Shown here one piece after another: positions 15,586 to 30,989 of a stretch of 64,000 nt of DNA; the first letter of the stretch is position 1, and each line of letters starts with the position of its first letter. Both the position numbers and the translations under genes were made by a program. A model generated the notes under the pieces. That model did no database searches, was not told the origin of the DNA, and was given only the letters and a program-made list of their open reading frames with translations. The DNA is from the human T2T-CHM13v2.0 reference genome, Homo sapiens: assembly GCF_009914755.1 (NCBI RefSeq), contig NC_060925.1; one strand, given 5' to 3'.

Positions 15586-16052
15586 CTGACCTCACCAAAT
15601 ACTATTCAGCAATTTACCTGCTAATTTATCTATCTCTCCCACAGGCCTGGGAGCTCCTGGAAGGCACAGACACTGCCATGCCTGGCACAGGAAACGTACT
15701 CAGCAAATGTTGCTTCAGTTTGAATGCCAACTTTTTCAGCCTTCTGAGTTTCCTTTCTCTCCCCATTAAATGCTTCCTAGGCTAATCCTTCTTCCTCCCC
15801 CTGACTCAGGTCCTTTCCTTTCTGGGTCTTAAACTTCCACACCCCCTTCCTTGAAGGTCCCTATCCGCTCACCCCTGAGCTGATGCTGAACACAGGCTGT
15901 ACAGGAAGACCTAAGATTAATTTCTTCCCTTTGCTGGCTGCAAAGGACTCTCATGGAAGGTGAGGCACTCAGAGTCCATGAGACTGGCTGATCATAAGGA
16001 CTACGACCAGCTGGGTAGAAGTCAGTTATGGAGGAAGCACAAGTTGGATTCA

Positions 16053-16666
<614 letters not shown>

Positions 16667-17644
16667 GCATAGACTCTGTAGCCAAAACTGCCCAGGTTCC
16701 ACTCTAGCTCTGCCAATTACTGACTGAGAGGAGAGATACATTACCTCTCTGTCCCTCAGTTTTCCCACCTACAAAACAGGAATAACAATAATAAGTACCT
16801 CACAGGGTTGATGTGAAGATTAAGTAAATTTATAACATAAAATATTTAGTGCTGTACCTGGCACACAGCAAACACTCAAGAAACGCTATTATTATTACTG
16901 CTAAGACTAGTAAAACACCGCGGGCAGGAAAGAATGGAGGATTACTGAATAAAGCCCTAATGCAGACAGAAGTTACTACTATGTCACTCCCACAAGGAAA
17001 CATCAAACATCACCACTCCCAGGAGCCTCCTCAGAAGCAACCTGCCAGCCCTGGGCTGGTCATTCTCTGATAGTATCAGGGCCGTTTTGTCCCACTTTCC
17101 TCCGTGGACTTGAGCTCACTAAGGGCAGCCTTACTGCACCCTCCCCCACCCCATCCTCAGCACCCAGTGGTGTGCAGCAGGGTTGTGGGAAATATCTGCC
17201 AGACAGACATGCTTAAGATGTGGCCCGAGTCCCTTCCCCTTTCTGGAGAGGCCTGCTTCACTGGGAAGGCAACTCTCCAATGCCATAGTACAAACCCCTA
17301 GAGAGCCTGCATCCCTTCCAGTCCCATCCCTGCCAGACACTGGGAACGCAGAGGTGAAAAGGCAGGGGCTCTGCTCCATCAGAACCCTGCCTAGTAATAA
17401 ATCAGGTGACATTTATTAGGCACTTAGTGTACTGCAGGCACTGATCCTGGCACTTTACAAGAATCTCGTCGCTTATTTAAACAACTCTCTAAGCTTGGCA
17501 CTATCCTTATTCCCATTTTACTTATGCAGAAATAGAGGCTAAGAATTAAGTACTTTGCCTGAGGCTGCTCCAGTAAATGGCAGAGCTGGGATTCAAACCC
17601 AGGCAGGCTGGGCCAGAGCTTGAACTCTTGATCTGTGTTAGTCC

Positions 17645-17820
17645 AGGGGGAGGGGGGAGGAGGGGGGGAGAGAGATAGGAGAGAGAGGGGAGGGAAGGGG
17701 AGGGGAGGAAACAGGAGGAGAGCGGAGGAGACAGGAGGAGAGGGGAGGAGAGGGGAGAGGAGGTGAGGGAGGGGAGGGGAGGGGAGGGGAGGGGAGGGGA
17801 GGGGAGGGGAGGGGGAGAAA
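17645..17820 (+). repeat. Polypurine tract with (GGGGA)n
   Basis: ~175 nt of almost pure A/G; about ten GGGGA units at 17767-17817. Confidence 0.9.
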
Positions 17821-18606
17821 GATTTCAGTCCAAGGTGACCCTGAGAGAAGTCAGTCAGGCGAGGAGTTAGAGGGAAGGGGGCTGCGGGAACACAGGATGG
17901 GGGTGGGGTGGGCGGATGGTGAAGTAAGTTTCTAAGAACAGCTATGGAAAGAGAAACAATTGGGACATGTGTCAACACTGTTACAATATTAGTGCCATCC
18001 AATTCTTGGAGTCTAGCACCAGATATGCACCATGCATGCTCTGAGTGCTGCTCCTCTCACTGAATATTTGCAGTCTTCCTGGGAGGGACTTATCCTCACT
18101 TCACAGATGGGAAATCCAAGGCTCAGAGAGGAAGACACGCCTGCTAAAAGTCCTTGGTGACAATTCAATGGCAGATCCAGGGTTCAAGCTCAAGTTGATC
18201 CCATGGCCCTTGGTCTTAACCACTAGGTCACACTGAACAAACAGGTATTGGTGGTGCGTGGTAGGGATCTGATGCAGAAGGTGGGGGGAGCTGCCCAGTT
18301 TTTCACCCGGGACCTGCACTTAGTGCCTCCGCCTCCCCCACCCCTATTTGGGCTGAAGGCAGACAGCACAGCTCCAGCCCACCAGAGCCGTGGGGGGGGC
18401 GGGGGGGTGGGTGGGTAGTAGTGTGGCCTGGCTAAGGAGTCTCTCAAATATAGTGGGGAAATAAAATAAGTAGCAGAGAGATGGGCCAACCATGGCCCAT
18501 TCTCATCTTCCCTCCCTAACCGCGTTCATCAGAAAACAGCATATGTGAGGGCCAGCACGCAGCCATTCTTTCCGGTGCTTCAGGAGGTTAGGATGACAGA
18601 GCCACG

Positions 18607-18983
<377 letters not shown>

Positions 18984-21156
18984 TCATAAATTATCAACCA
19001 CTTTTCACAACACCACTATGAGAAAGGTGCTACCATCATCCCATTTCATAGAGGAGAAAACCGAGGCTCAGAGATGGTCACTCACCAAAGGTCACCCAGC
19101 TGGGACTAAGTGACAGAGCTGGGACTACAACCCACATCTGTCTGGCTCCAAAACCTCCATACCTCCATCTTATCTAGAAAGAGTGCTGGATGAGGAGTCT
19201 AGAATCAGGGTCTAAGTCCTGCCTCTAACCTGCTGTATAGCCTCAGGTAAGTCTCTTTCCCTTTGTGAGCCTTGGTCTGCCCTATGAGGAAGTTGGCCTA
19301 GATGACCTCCAAGTCCCACCTCCTGTGACTCTGTGAGCTCTCATGCCCTCCTCTCTCTGGCTCCCAGCCACCACACCGGAAGCCCAACAGGATGCCGAGT
19401 AACCACCCACTGAACACTCAGGGGCGAAGGAAGATGAAGTGCCGCTTTCTCATGGCCATCTTCCACCAGACCAGCCCAGGAAACAAGGAACCACAAAGCC
19501 ACAGGATTCCCTCCAGCGTGGCCGTGTGAACAGCAGCCCTGGAGCAGAGGGGCTGGGCATCCCCTTGCGGCCATCACTTCCTATGCCCTCACTTCTCGGC
19601 AGGGTGTGCGGAAGCGAGGGAGGCAGGCTCCAGCTCAATGCCCTCTGGCTCTGTTTCTCTGGGTCCCCAGGGGCTGGGACGGTGGGAACTGGTCACTCTG
19701 GGAGAATCCCAAGCCCACCCCGGAAGGCTGAGTTGAAGTGGAGGTTCAGACAGGTCTGTCTGGCTCCACAGGTAACTTTTGCCCACTGTGCTCTGCTGCC
19801 AGCAAGGTCTCGAAGCATCTGGGATGCCTGGCTACCTCTCTCCCATCCCTGAAGTAGCAGCCAAAATCCCAGATCCTGCAGAAACCTACGCCTCCTCAGC
19901 CTCAGGACAGACGAATATCCTGAGGCCCGCGCTCCTGCCTCCCTCCTGCCCCCTACAGTCCATGCTCTACACAGCAGCCAAGGTCTTTCCAAACAGAAAC
20001 CAAGCCCAGTCGCCCCTCAACGTGGGGTCCTCCAGTGGCTTCCCACCACTATTAGAACGAAATGCTGACCCCTGCCCCACAGACAAGGCTGTCCATGGCT
20101 TGCCCCTCCAGGCCCACCTCTCCCTAGCCTTCCCTCCACCCTCCACTGCCTCTGCCCGGCCACACCAGCGTTCACCCCCTACATGTGCCAAACTTGCTGT
20201 TCCGGCAGCCGGGAACTCTCATCTCCCCCGCCCCCGTCTTTGCCCGGCTGCCCCCTCCTCAACCTTCATGTCCCAGCTCAGACATCACCTCCTTTCCTGG
20301 CCGCTCCTCTAGAGCGGCCCCCTCCCCTCACAGCCACTCTCCACCACATCGCCCTGTTTTGTCTCCTTTCTTCTCTCGGAGCGATCCTTCTGGTGGGTGG
20401 CTTTGCCTGTTTGGTCTCCAGCTTCCTCCCCTAGAGTGCAGCTCCTTAGGGGCAGGCATGTGACTGCTCCATTCTCTTCTGTCCCCACAATGAGGCAGGG
20501 CCTCCTTGGGTGCTCACAACCCTGAAGATGAGGACGCTGCAGCCCTGAGAGGTGGATTGAGCCGCCCAAAGTCCCAGAGCCAGGGAATAGCAGGGTTCAG
20601 ACCGAGGGCGACCTGATGCCAAGCCTCAGTGGGTGGGGGGCTCTCACGGCTGGGGGCCTACTCTGGAGGGCTCTCACCCAGGGTGGACAGAGTCGCAGTG
20701 AGGCTCTTAGGGCGGGTACCAAGAATGAAGGGCCCACCAGCTTTCCCAAATGGTCCTTCTGCAAGCTACAGGCCAGCTGAGCTCCTGCCTGGGGTGGGTG
20801 AGACCCTGGGGGTGAAGAGGCACCAAACACCAGGAGCAAAGGCTCCCAAATGAGGGAGACCACAGACACAGGGAGCTGGGAAGCTTCGACCCACCCAGTG
20901 CTTGACGGAAGGGGAAAGTGAGGACTATGGAGGGGAAGGGACTTGCCTGAGGTCACACAGCCAATCAGTGGGTCTCCAGGGAGGGAGGCCCTTCCCTACC
21001 CTGCAGAACAGCAGGCGAAGCCCAAAGCCCAGGGTCTGGGCAGAGTGCCAGCCCAGAACTGCCAGGCCCTGGGGGCAGGGGCAGGGCTACAGAGTGAATC
21101 TGGGGCATTAAGACAAAGAAAGGACTCAAATTTCTTCCTTCTTTCAAAAAACACTT

Positions 21157-22117
<961 letters not shown>

Positions 22118-22118
<1 letters not shown>

Positions 22119-22620
22119 AGTTAAACACACATTGCCCCTCTGACCCAGGAGTTGCACTCCTAAGTATGTGCCCCAAAGAAATGAGTGCTGAGGTCTGCAA
22201 AGAGTTACATACGAGAATGTCACAGCAGCCTCAAGCTGGAATCAACCCAAATGTCAGCCACGGACATTTACACGTACATCCACCCAATGCGGCACGACTC
22301 AGCCTAAAAAGGAGCAGATGCTGGTACAGGCGACACGGACAAACCTCAAACATTCCTTGCTGTCCAAAGCTGAAGAAAACCAGGCACAAAAGAGCACACA
22401 TGAATGAATCCACACAGAGAAAGCTCAAAACCAGGCCAAACTAGAGGGCCAGTGGCCACCTGCTGCAGGGGACTGATGGAGGAGGCACACGGGAACTGTG
22501 GGAATGGTTCACACTTTGGTCCAGGTAGTATGCAGGTGTGTGCATTTGTAAAACGTGAGCTGTACAAGATATGCATACATTACTTAAGTAAATTATACTA
22601 TACCACAATTTTTAGAAACA
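22118..22620 (+). mobile_element. Old L1M 3' fragment
   Basis: aaagttaaacacacattgccctctgacccag...ctcctaagtatgtgccccaaagaaatga motifs. Confidence 0.65.
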
Positions 22621-25614
22621 TACAATCTCTGCCCTCATGAGGTCCAGTCTGGCATCCTGTGTCATCATCGTAACAGTCATGACAATAACAGCAGGTGACA
22701 CCGACTGAGTCCTCTGTATGTGCCAGCCCTCAGCTGGGCTACTCTGAAACAGGATCTGATTGAGCGTTTCTAACTACTGGGCAAAATACTGCCCCAGGAG
22801 CTCCATATTAGAGACAGGAGAATAAAGCTTAGAGAGGTGACACGCTGTCCAAGGTGACAATGCAAAAAGTGAGGATGCCAGGTTTGAACCTGGGCCCATC
22901 AGTCTCCAAGGCCCACTCCTGCTGCACGGGCAGATCCCGCCTCCCTGCCCTCTCCTCCCCACACTGCCTGCTCAGATGTGGCACCTGGAGGCAGCCAGTC
23001 CTCGCCCCTCGCCCCCTCCTCTCCAGTGCTGGAAGGAACAGCTCATGTGTGTAATGGACTCGAAGCTTCTGTGAAAGAGCTGCTGAGGAAATGAGTCCTT
23101 CCTTCCCCTTCTGCCCCCTCTGCCCTCCCTCATCCCTCTCATGGCCACATAGCTCTGAGGACATTTCAGCCCTGGACCTCCGCCCAATAAGAAGGGACTC
23201 CAATGGCCAGGCAGCTGGGGGTGTGTGTGGTATTGACCAAGGAGCTTTCTCAACCCCTGGACACCCCAGCCCAGCCTGTGGCCTCTCAGAGGACCAGGAG
23301 GACATGAGGTTAGAGTCCCCACCCTTGGCTCCAGTTTCCAAGTGACGCAACCAAGTGTCTGGATTCAGAGAATCGCAAAATGTTTATCTGGAATCACAAC
23401 CACCACCATGACCATTTAATCAAACCTTATCCTGTGCCAAGTGCTACAAACATAGCTCATGAATCCTCACCAGCAAACAAAATGGGTACTGCTAGGCTCT
23501 CATTTTACAGAGGAAGAAAGTGGAGCTCAAAGGGGTTAGGTGCCTTGCCCCAAGTCTCACAGTGAGGAAGTGGTGGGGCTGGAATTCAAACCCAGATTTG
23601 CACAACTTCGAGTCTATCCTCTGAATGAGAGTATTATACTTGTCATCCTGCATGTCATTACTGAAGACGGCCCTGGAGTCAGTCTGCTCCAGCCATGTCA
23701 TTTCACAGATGGGAAGACTGAGGCCCACGAAGGAAGACCGTGGTTCAGGAGGACAAGGATTAGTGGCAGAGCCTGGGCTGGAAGCCACCCTGGCCTTGCT
23801 TTCAATGACCAGATCAGAGCCTGGGAGCGGGCCATGTGCAGCTGGATGGGCAGCTGGAGGGAGTCAGGCAGGGAGGTGGGAGGCTCTGCTTCCAGGCAGA
23901 GGTAAATATTGACATGACTGTGTTTACGCTGTAACCTAACTCTGCCTGGCTGCTGCCCCAGGCCCACCCTCCTGCCTTCCCAGCCAAGGAGGGAAGGGAG
24001 CTGTGGGAGGAGGATGGGGAGAGGAGGCTTCTGGGCCAGGGGCTGCTCCTCCTGCTTAGAGGGCTATGTGGTCAGAAAGGCTGGGACATCAGGTGTTAGG
24101 GGTGGGGGTTAGTGGAGACCCAGGCCAGGGGACCAGGTGGTGCCAGACAGGGAGGGGCTGTTATCTGAGCTGGGGAGCTGGGGATCTCAGGGCGGGGGAC
24201 TGGGCTGGGAGTCACAAGGCCTGAGTTCAAGTTCTAGTTCTGCTACTGATTGGCAGTGGGAATCCAAGAACAGTCGGTGAATGGGGAAGAAAAGGTCTAA
24301 CTGTCAAGTGCGGTGCAAAGGTGAACAATAAATAACCAGCATTTGAGCCTGGCCAGTGTCCAGCCCCAGTGAGCTCTCAACGCCTCTGGCTACCGGCTCA
24401 ACAGTCCTATCCCTGTCCCAGTGGGCTTTCCCAGGAAGGCCAAGTTTCTGCCAAACTGAGTGGCAGCTTGGGACTGAAGCCATAATAATCTAGAGGAATC
24501 GGGGAGCCACTGTCTAGCTCCCGTCCCTAATTCCCTAAGTGACCTTTGAGCCTCAGCTTTTACAACTCTGAAATAAGGCTCACCCTCCTCCCTGGGGTTG
24601 GTGTGAAGAGCAGAGATTACATTTAAGTGCCAGGCACATAGTAGATGCTCATTTTGTCTCTCAGTCTTCCCACTTGTCAAACAGGGGCCTCGAAGTTGGT
24701 GGTTCCTAATCCCCTTTTCATACAAGCGCTCTAGCGTCTTTAGAAGGCCCAGAAGCCAGGCCCACCTCCCTGATGTTAGATCCCCACCTAGCCGATTTCC
24801 TGAATGCTCTCTAGAAACTTGCTCCCCTGTTTACACCTCCCCCCAGGAAGTCCAAAGGGGCCCTGTTGGGAGGAGGGAGCCATTCCTAGGCTTGTCAGCC
24901 CACCAAGACAGGCCTGGGGCATCCCAGCCACTCTGCCCTCAGGGGCCCAAGGAAAGGGCAGGCCCCAGGTCCTGGACTCCAGTGCCACCCTGACAGTGGG
25001 GTTCCGCCAGCACTGGTTGTTCATTAAACTGTGCCCCTCAGACTATTAACTCTTCAAGGACAAGTGAACCCCCCTCCTAATTTTTTATGTGTCCAAAACT
25101 TGGCGTCTAGGAAGCATTCCACCAAGTGTTAACACCTCTTCTGGGAAGGCTTCCCTGATACACACCTATGGGCAGGATGACTCTGGAGCTGCATCCCCAG
25201 GTTGGCACATAGCATTTTCTACCTTATTTCAGAGCGATCTGGGAACTTGTTCTTTCTCCTCTATTAAAGGCTCTGGAGACCAGGGCCCTCGGCTGGTTAT
25301 CTGCCTGAAAGGATGAGGGGAAGGGTCAATACATTCAGGAGAAGGGGCTGTCTGGGACCTCTGTCTGGGGCCACAGCCTCCTTCTGTCTTCACTGACTGC
25401 TCTGGGCAGCATGCCAGGGGCGTGGTTTGGGCTAGAGGAGGACTGGATGGTGCCTGCAGCACCACCTTTCTCCCAGGGCCACTTCAGGTGCCTCCTCACT
25501 GGTTTCCCAGCCTTCGGCCTCACTCCTTCTACTCAATCACCACAAAGCAGCCTGTGACCATCTCAGAATGCAAATCCGACCGTGTCACTCCCCTGACTCT
25601 AAACTCCTCAGTAG

Positions 25615-25925
<311 letters not shown>

Positions 25926-27662
25926 TCCTGAGTGGCTCCCCACTGCCCTAAGGATTGAGCCCCAGGTCCTTCATATGACCATCCCTGAGTGCACCCTCCG
26001 GGCCACCTCCTAAGCACAGTCCTCCGTGCCTCCAGATGAACCATCCCTGAAGGCACAGCGGTCTGTACTCTTGCACATTCTGCTCCCTCCACCCCCCGCC
26101 CCCCAACACTCTTCCCAGTCCCACTCGCTCTTTAGGTTATGATTTTAATGCCATGTGCTCAGGGAGCCTTTTCTGATCCTCAGGTCAGGTTCCCGGTCCA
26201 ATCCCACAGCCCCCCGCGTGTCTCCCTGACAACAGTAATTGCGCTTGTAATTTCCTGCTCTGTATCTGTCTGCCTGCCTGTCCATCAGACTGTGGGAGAG
26301 AGAGACCTATCAGTCTCACTCACACTGACCACGGCCCCCATGCCTCGTGTTGTGCCAGACAGACTTGTTTGGTGAGTGAGTGAATGAACAAATGAATGAA
26401 GCCCTTTGACTATGGCAGGAGGCTTACCCAGTCAATTGGAGAGAAAAAAATTGAGCAGAAGCACAAAAAATTGTAAACATTTGCTCATGGTTCCTCTCTC
26501 ACCGTAGACATGAAAGTGTGGACTTGGCCAAGCTGGTTTTCTGGGCTAACGCCCAGAACATTCTGCCAAGCCCACCTTGTAGCCCTCTCATGCCTCAAAT
26601 CCTGTTCTTCCCCTGGCCTCCCCAACTCTGCAGGGAAAACAATGTATTTATTCTTTAACAAAAGGTAACAACATCCTTGTTTACCAAAAGAGTGTAGCAA
26701 TGTAAGGAGGCCTCAGTAGCCCAGTCACCAGCAGGGGCACAGGCTGCCCAGGGTGAAGTACGCACTGTGCTCTGGGAGCCCCATCTGGAGTGGCTGAGAG
26801 GCACCAGAGTGACGTGGGGGCATGTGGTTAGTCTCCTATCTTCAAACAGTAACGCTTCTCCCTACCTTTTTTTTTTTTAAGATAGGGTCTCACTATGTTG
26901 CCCTGGCTGATCTTGAACTCCCGGCCTCAAGTGATCCTCTCGCCTCGCCCCCGCAAAATGCTGGGACTACAAGCGTGAGCCACTGCCCCCGGACTCCCTC
27001 ACATTCTTAATAGTTCCCACAGTGTTTCTACATACATTGTACCCTCACAATATCTGGAGAAGTGGAGCAAATCTGCCCCACTTTGTAGGAAAGGGGGCAC
27101 AGAGCCGGGGAATGGCTGACCCAAGGTCACACAGCAAGCTGGTAGTACATCAGGATTCAAACCAAAACCCTGGGCCCTGTTCTCAACTCAACTGCTGTAT
27201 AGTAAAGAGCATTCCCAACCCTCAGCGGTAGCCTCAACTCAGCCCCAGCTTGGAAAGTGAAGGAACATTCTCAAGGTGCCACAGCTGCAGATGGGGGATG
27301 ATGGGTTGGGTCTCCTTCCCCCAACTGTCTGCCAGGTTACCCCTCCAAAAGTCCAGGAGGTTTGTGCCTGTTCTGGTACTATCTTGCTCTGTGACCCTGG
27401 GCAACCTCCTTCACCTCTCTGTGCCTGCTGCAGGGTGGTTTGAGTACAACCGGAGGCAGGAGACATAAAAAGCCTCCTCAGAACCCTCGGCCCACGGCTT
27501 GCACTGGGAGAAAACAGGGGGAGACGGTCCATCCGAGGCCCTTAAGAACAGCACTGACTCCCTGCCAAGGGGTTAGAGACGTGGGTGGGGAGCTGGTGAC
27601 CATCAGGGAGATTCAGTGAGGACAACAGGAAACACATCACACAGACACACAGACACACACAG

Positions 27663-27664
<2 letters not shown>

Positions 27665-27702
<38 letters not shown>
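27665..27702. repeat. (AC)19 microsatellite with an imperfect 5' extension from ~27632
   Basis: Direct count. Confidence 0.95.
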
Positions 27703-27704
<2 letters not shown>

Positions 27705-30424
27705 CCTGCAAACGCGCCGCATTAGGAACCCAGGGGCCAAGGACAACTTGGCCACACTGCAAAGAAGTGAGTGCTGGATTTGTTTAAAAGCCGCGGAGCA
27801 GGAGATCCAGGGAATAAACACTTGATCAGTCCCGAATCACCCCTGCCTCAGGAATGACAGCACAGGAACCAATGTTTAGAGGAAATTAAAATGACAGGAG
27901 CCAGGGAGGCCTGACATCAGCCGCCACCCCATGCATGCACCGCCGGTCAACAATCCACCGTGGACTTCCTCAGCCTAGTACTTTCTGGCCCCAGCAACCT
28001 TTTTGCCCTCTTTCTCTTTTGTTTCCTGACCCTTTCATAGCCAGGTGCCAGACCAGCCCCATTCTGGCCTTTCCAGGAGCCTGTCCTGTGCACTCACACC
28101 TCTGCTCCTCTGTCACACAGGTCCCCCTCCCGGGACACCCCTTCCAGTTCAGATGTCACCTGCTCCATGAAGCTTTCTCTCGTCTCTCCAGCTTGGAGAG
28201 AGCCCCTGCCTGGCATATTTCTACCTCTCCAAGGACGTGCCAAAAAGTCTGAGGACCAGTGCAGACGTTTATGGCCTGGTGGAAGCTCCCATAACACTGT
28301 TTATTCAGTCAATTCTTTCCTCCCTCACATGGGGTTTGGCTTAGAGTAAGTGTTCAACACGTCCTGGCTAAATGACAGACGAAAGTATCACGGTCTCCTC
28401 CCTACAACATGATAAACTTTCATTCGTCTTCCAGACCAGCAAATAGGTGGCCTCTGTCCCTGTGCTGGAAAAGCCAGCCCATAGCCCTGGACAGATGGAT
28501 GACAGACTTTTGTTTTGGATTCCAGAGACAACCCCTGGGGCAAATAGGTTAGATGTTAGGTAGAACTTCCCAGCGTGGGCTCAAGCTTGGAAAAGAAAAC
28601 TAAGCAGTACTGAAGCAAAGCACTCTCACTTGGGTTATCTCACCCTTTGGAGGTAAGTGTTATCATCTCATCTTGCAGATGAGGAAACTGAAACTCAAGG
28701 GTGATGCTTCACCTAGACCAAAGTCCCTGTGGGGAAGTGGAGGGGATGGGGTTCAAACACAAATTGGTGTGACGTCAAAGCCTGGACTCTTCACAATAGG
28801 CTGGTGGGCTTCTTCAGTTGTAAGGATCTATAAAGTGTCACCAAGGCAAAGTGAGGGGACCTCTTTCTTTTTTTGGTGGTTTTTAAGGAAGAAAAAATTT
28901 TCTTTATGAGTAACTCAGGGTGGGCTTAGAGGCAGAGGGGATCATACAACCTCAAAGTCTCACGGCCTTTTGGTGCCCATACACTGAGACTTTAAATCCA
29001 GTGCTGGTCCACAGATAGTGCACTCCCTGTGTCGGAAACGGTCTGGGTGGGGCATTACAGGGGAGATTCCTAATGGAGGAGGTAGGTTGAGTCTCACGTG
29101 GTCTCTAAGCACCTTCAGGTATAGAACTAAGCCATAATTCCACCACTTCTGACTCTAGTGAGGCAACTGGCGGTGCCTAAGCAAAGAAGACCCTAGCTGG
29201 GTGAGAAGAGGCCTTGGAAGGGAGAGATGGGGGGGCGGGTTGTAAGGGGACTCCAGCTCTGGGCACAGCAGGGGCTGGGAACCACTGTGGGACTCTTCGG
29301 CTTTACAGGGGGTCCCATCCTGCTCCCATCCAGGCGCCCTCGGGCTTGGCAGCATCATCACAGAGAAGTGGAGGGGCTGGATCACAGGTACTGGCAGCCA
29401 CCATCCCAGGCACATGCCCTCCTCAGCCCTACATGGTGACTTTGACCCACTTCACAGGGCACAGAACAGAACTAGGAGAGGGAATCCGAGTGGCTCGTCT
29501 ATAGGGAAAGAAACCAAAGAGAAGTAGATGGCTCCCTTCCCGTGATGGAGAGGCCGGCACCCGGCCCTGGACAAGTGGACAAAGGGCCTTTGCTCTTGGG
29601 GTCCAGGGACAATGCCCCTCCCAACAGCCCCCCCCCAGGAAGCCCAGCCTGGATCAAATGGATTTCTCTTCTGGGGCTTTAGAGAGCCCCATGAAACGCC
29701 CCTCCCCAGTTCCCTTTCTCCCTGGTACTCCTGCCTATCGCAGTCAGCACTCGGCCTCAGCAAGCCCCTCCTCTGAGGACCCATCACCGGGAGATGCTGG
29801 GGAGACCGGATCGCTGGGTGCAGGGCCCCTGAGTGTCCCCTGGTCTCTGACAGCACCGACCTAGCTGCGTCGCCACCACATACACCCCTTAGGCCACAGC
29901 TGGATCAGCAGTCCCAGAGGGCCGCAACCTAGCCCTCCGAATGCGCCGGGCGTGGCCACCCACAGTGCCCCAAGGCGAGCCCCAGACCGACCTCAGTGTC
30001 CCGGGACGCTCAGGTCCAGCTGCATCCAGGCACCTCGAAATCGCCGCCACCCGCGAGCCCGACCCAGCCCGGCTGCCCTGGGTCTCCAAGCCAAGCTGAG
30101 TCCAGGGACTTCAGAACAACCCAAAACAGACCGCAGCAACCGTCCCCAAAGCGAACCGGGGACCCCGAGCCCCCCACATCCGGCTGGGACCAGAACCAAG
30201 CTCGGCGCGGCCGCCCCCGACGGGACCAAGCGCAGCGCCGCCGGGAGAGCCGCGCTCTGCCCGGGCGCTCCCCGACTCCACGCCTTCCGAGAGCCGGGCG
30301 GGGGCTGCTGCTGCAGCCGGCGCCCAGCCCCCCGCGAGCCAGGGCGGCCCCGGGTGCCACCCGCGGCACCGCTGCCCGCGACCGTCGAGGCTGGGCTGGA
30401 CCGGACCAGACCTCCGCGCGCAGC

Positions 30425-30430
30425 ACTCAC
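30425..30430 (-). other. ECE1: 5' splice donor GTGAGT of ECE1 intron 1 (1c)
   Basis: Plus-strand actcac at 30425-30430 reads GTGAGT on the minus strand, preceded by TG; strong U1 match. Confidence 0.88.
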
Positions 30431-30433
30431 CAT
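30431..30433 (-). CDS. ECE1: Initiator ATG, the only coding codon of ECE1 exon 1c (isoform ECE-1c); the rest of the CDS lies outside the window to the left
   Basis: Minus strand reads ...GGAGCACGCGAGCT-ATG|GTGAGTGCTG: an ATG with G at -3, immediately followed by a consensus donor, inside a CpG island. It matches my recollection of the ECE-1c 5' end (MMSTYKR..., second Met from exon 2), and the flanking CpG-CA repeat is a known ECE-1c promoter feature. Confidence 0.88.
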
Positions 30434-30600
30434 AGCTCGCGTGCTCCGCCCCGGCTTCGCGCAGCTCCCCGCGCCCGGCTCCCGATTCCCAGCTCCGGGT
30501 TCCCTGCTCCCAGCCCAGCTGCTCGGACGGCTCGGCTGCCTGGCCCAGGCGGCGCGCTCAGCTCCAGCGGGCGAGCTCGCGGCTTCGGCGCCGAGTGCCG
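30431..30600 (-). other. ECE1: ECE1 exon 1c (GC-rich 5' UTR plus ATG); TSS position approximate
   Basis: 3' end fixed by the donor at 30430. 5' end inferred to lie just downstream of the GC box and CCAAT boxes. No upstream ATG on the minus strand between 30434 and 30660. Confidence 0.8.
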
Positions 30601-30602
30601 GA

Positions 30603-30661
30603 GGGGCGGGGCCGCCGCGGGGCCAATGGCAGGGCGCGGGGGCCTGGGTGGCGCAGCCAAT
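30603..30661 (+). promoter_or_regulatory. GC box (Sp/KLF) plus two CCAAT (NF-Y) boxes
   Basis: GGGGCGGGG at 30603-30611; CCAAT at 30623-30627 and 30657-30661 (34 bp apart, inverted relative to ECE1). Confidence 0.75.
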
Positions 30662-30938
30662 CACGGCCTGAGGCTGCACTCCCCGCGCCCGCGCGGGCCC
30701 TTAACCCTTGGCGCGCTGGGAGTCGGCTGCCCGGGCTGCGCGGGGAACCTGGAGGGCAGGAGCAGGCGGGAGTTGTTGCTTCGGGGCGCAGGGTCCAGAC
30801 CTTGCCGAGACCGGCGTTGGGAGCTAGCAGAACCGGGAAGAGGCTCGATTGTGTCCGGTGGGGCCGCCGGGAGCCTCGGCGACCTTTGTCTCCTGCCTGG
30901 CTCCTGCACTGGAGTGTGACCCGGGGCGCTGCAGCTGC

Positions 30939-30940
<2 letters not shown>

Positions 30941-30989
<49 letters not shown>

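Noticed and set aside
17424-18002. 192-aa proline-rich ORF
   Set aside because: Translation of a (TCCCC)n tract plus a MIR.
26727-26740. CTCF-like CCAGCAGGGGCAC
   Set aside because: One base short in the G-run relative to the core motif; weak match.
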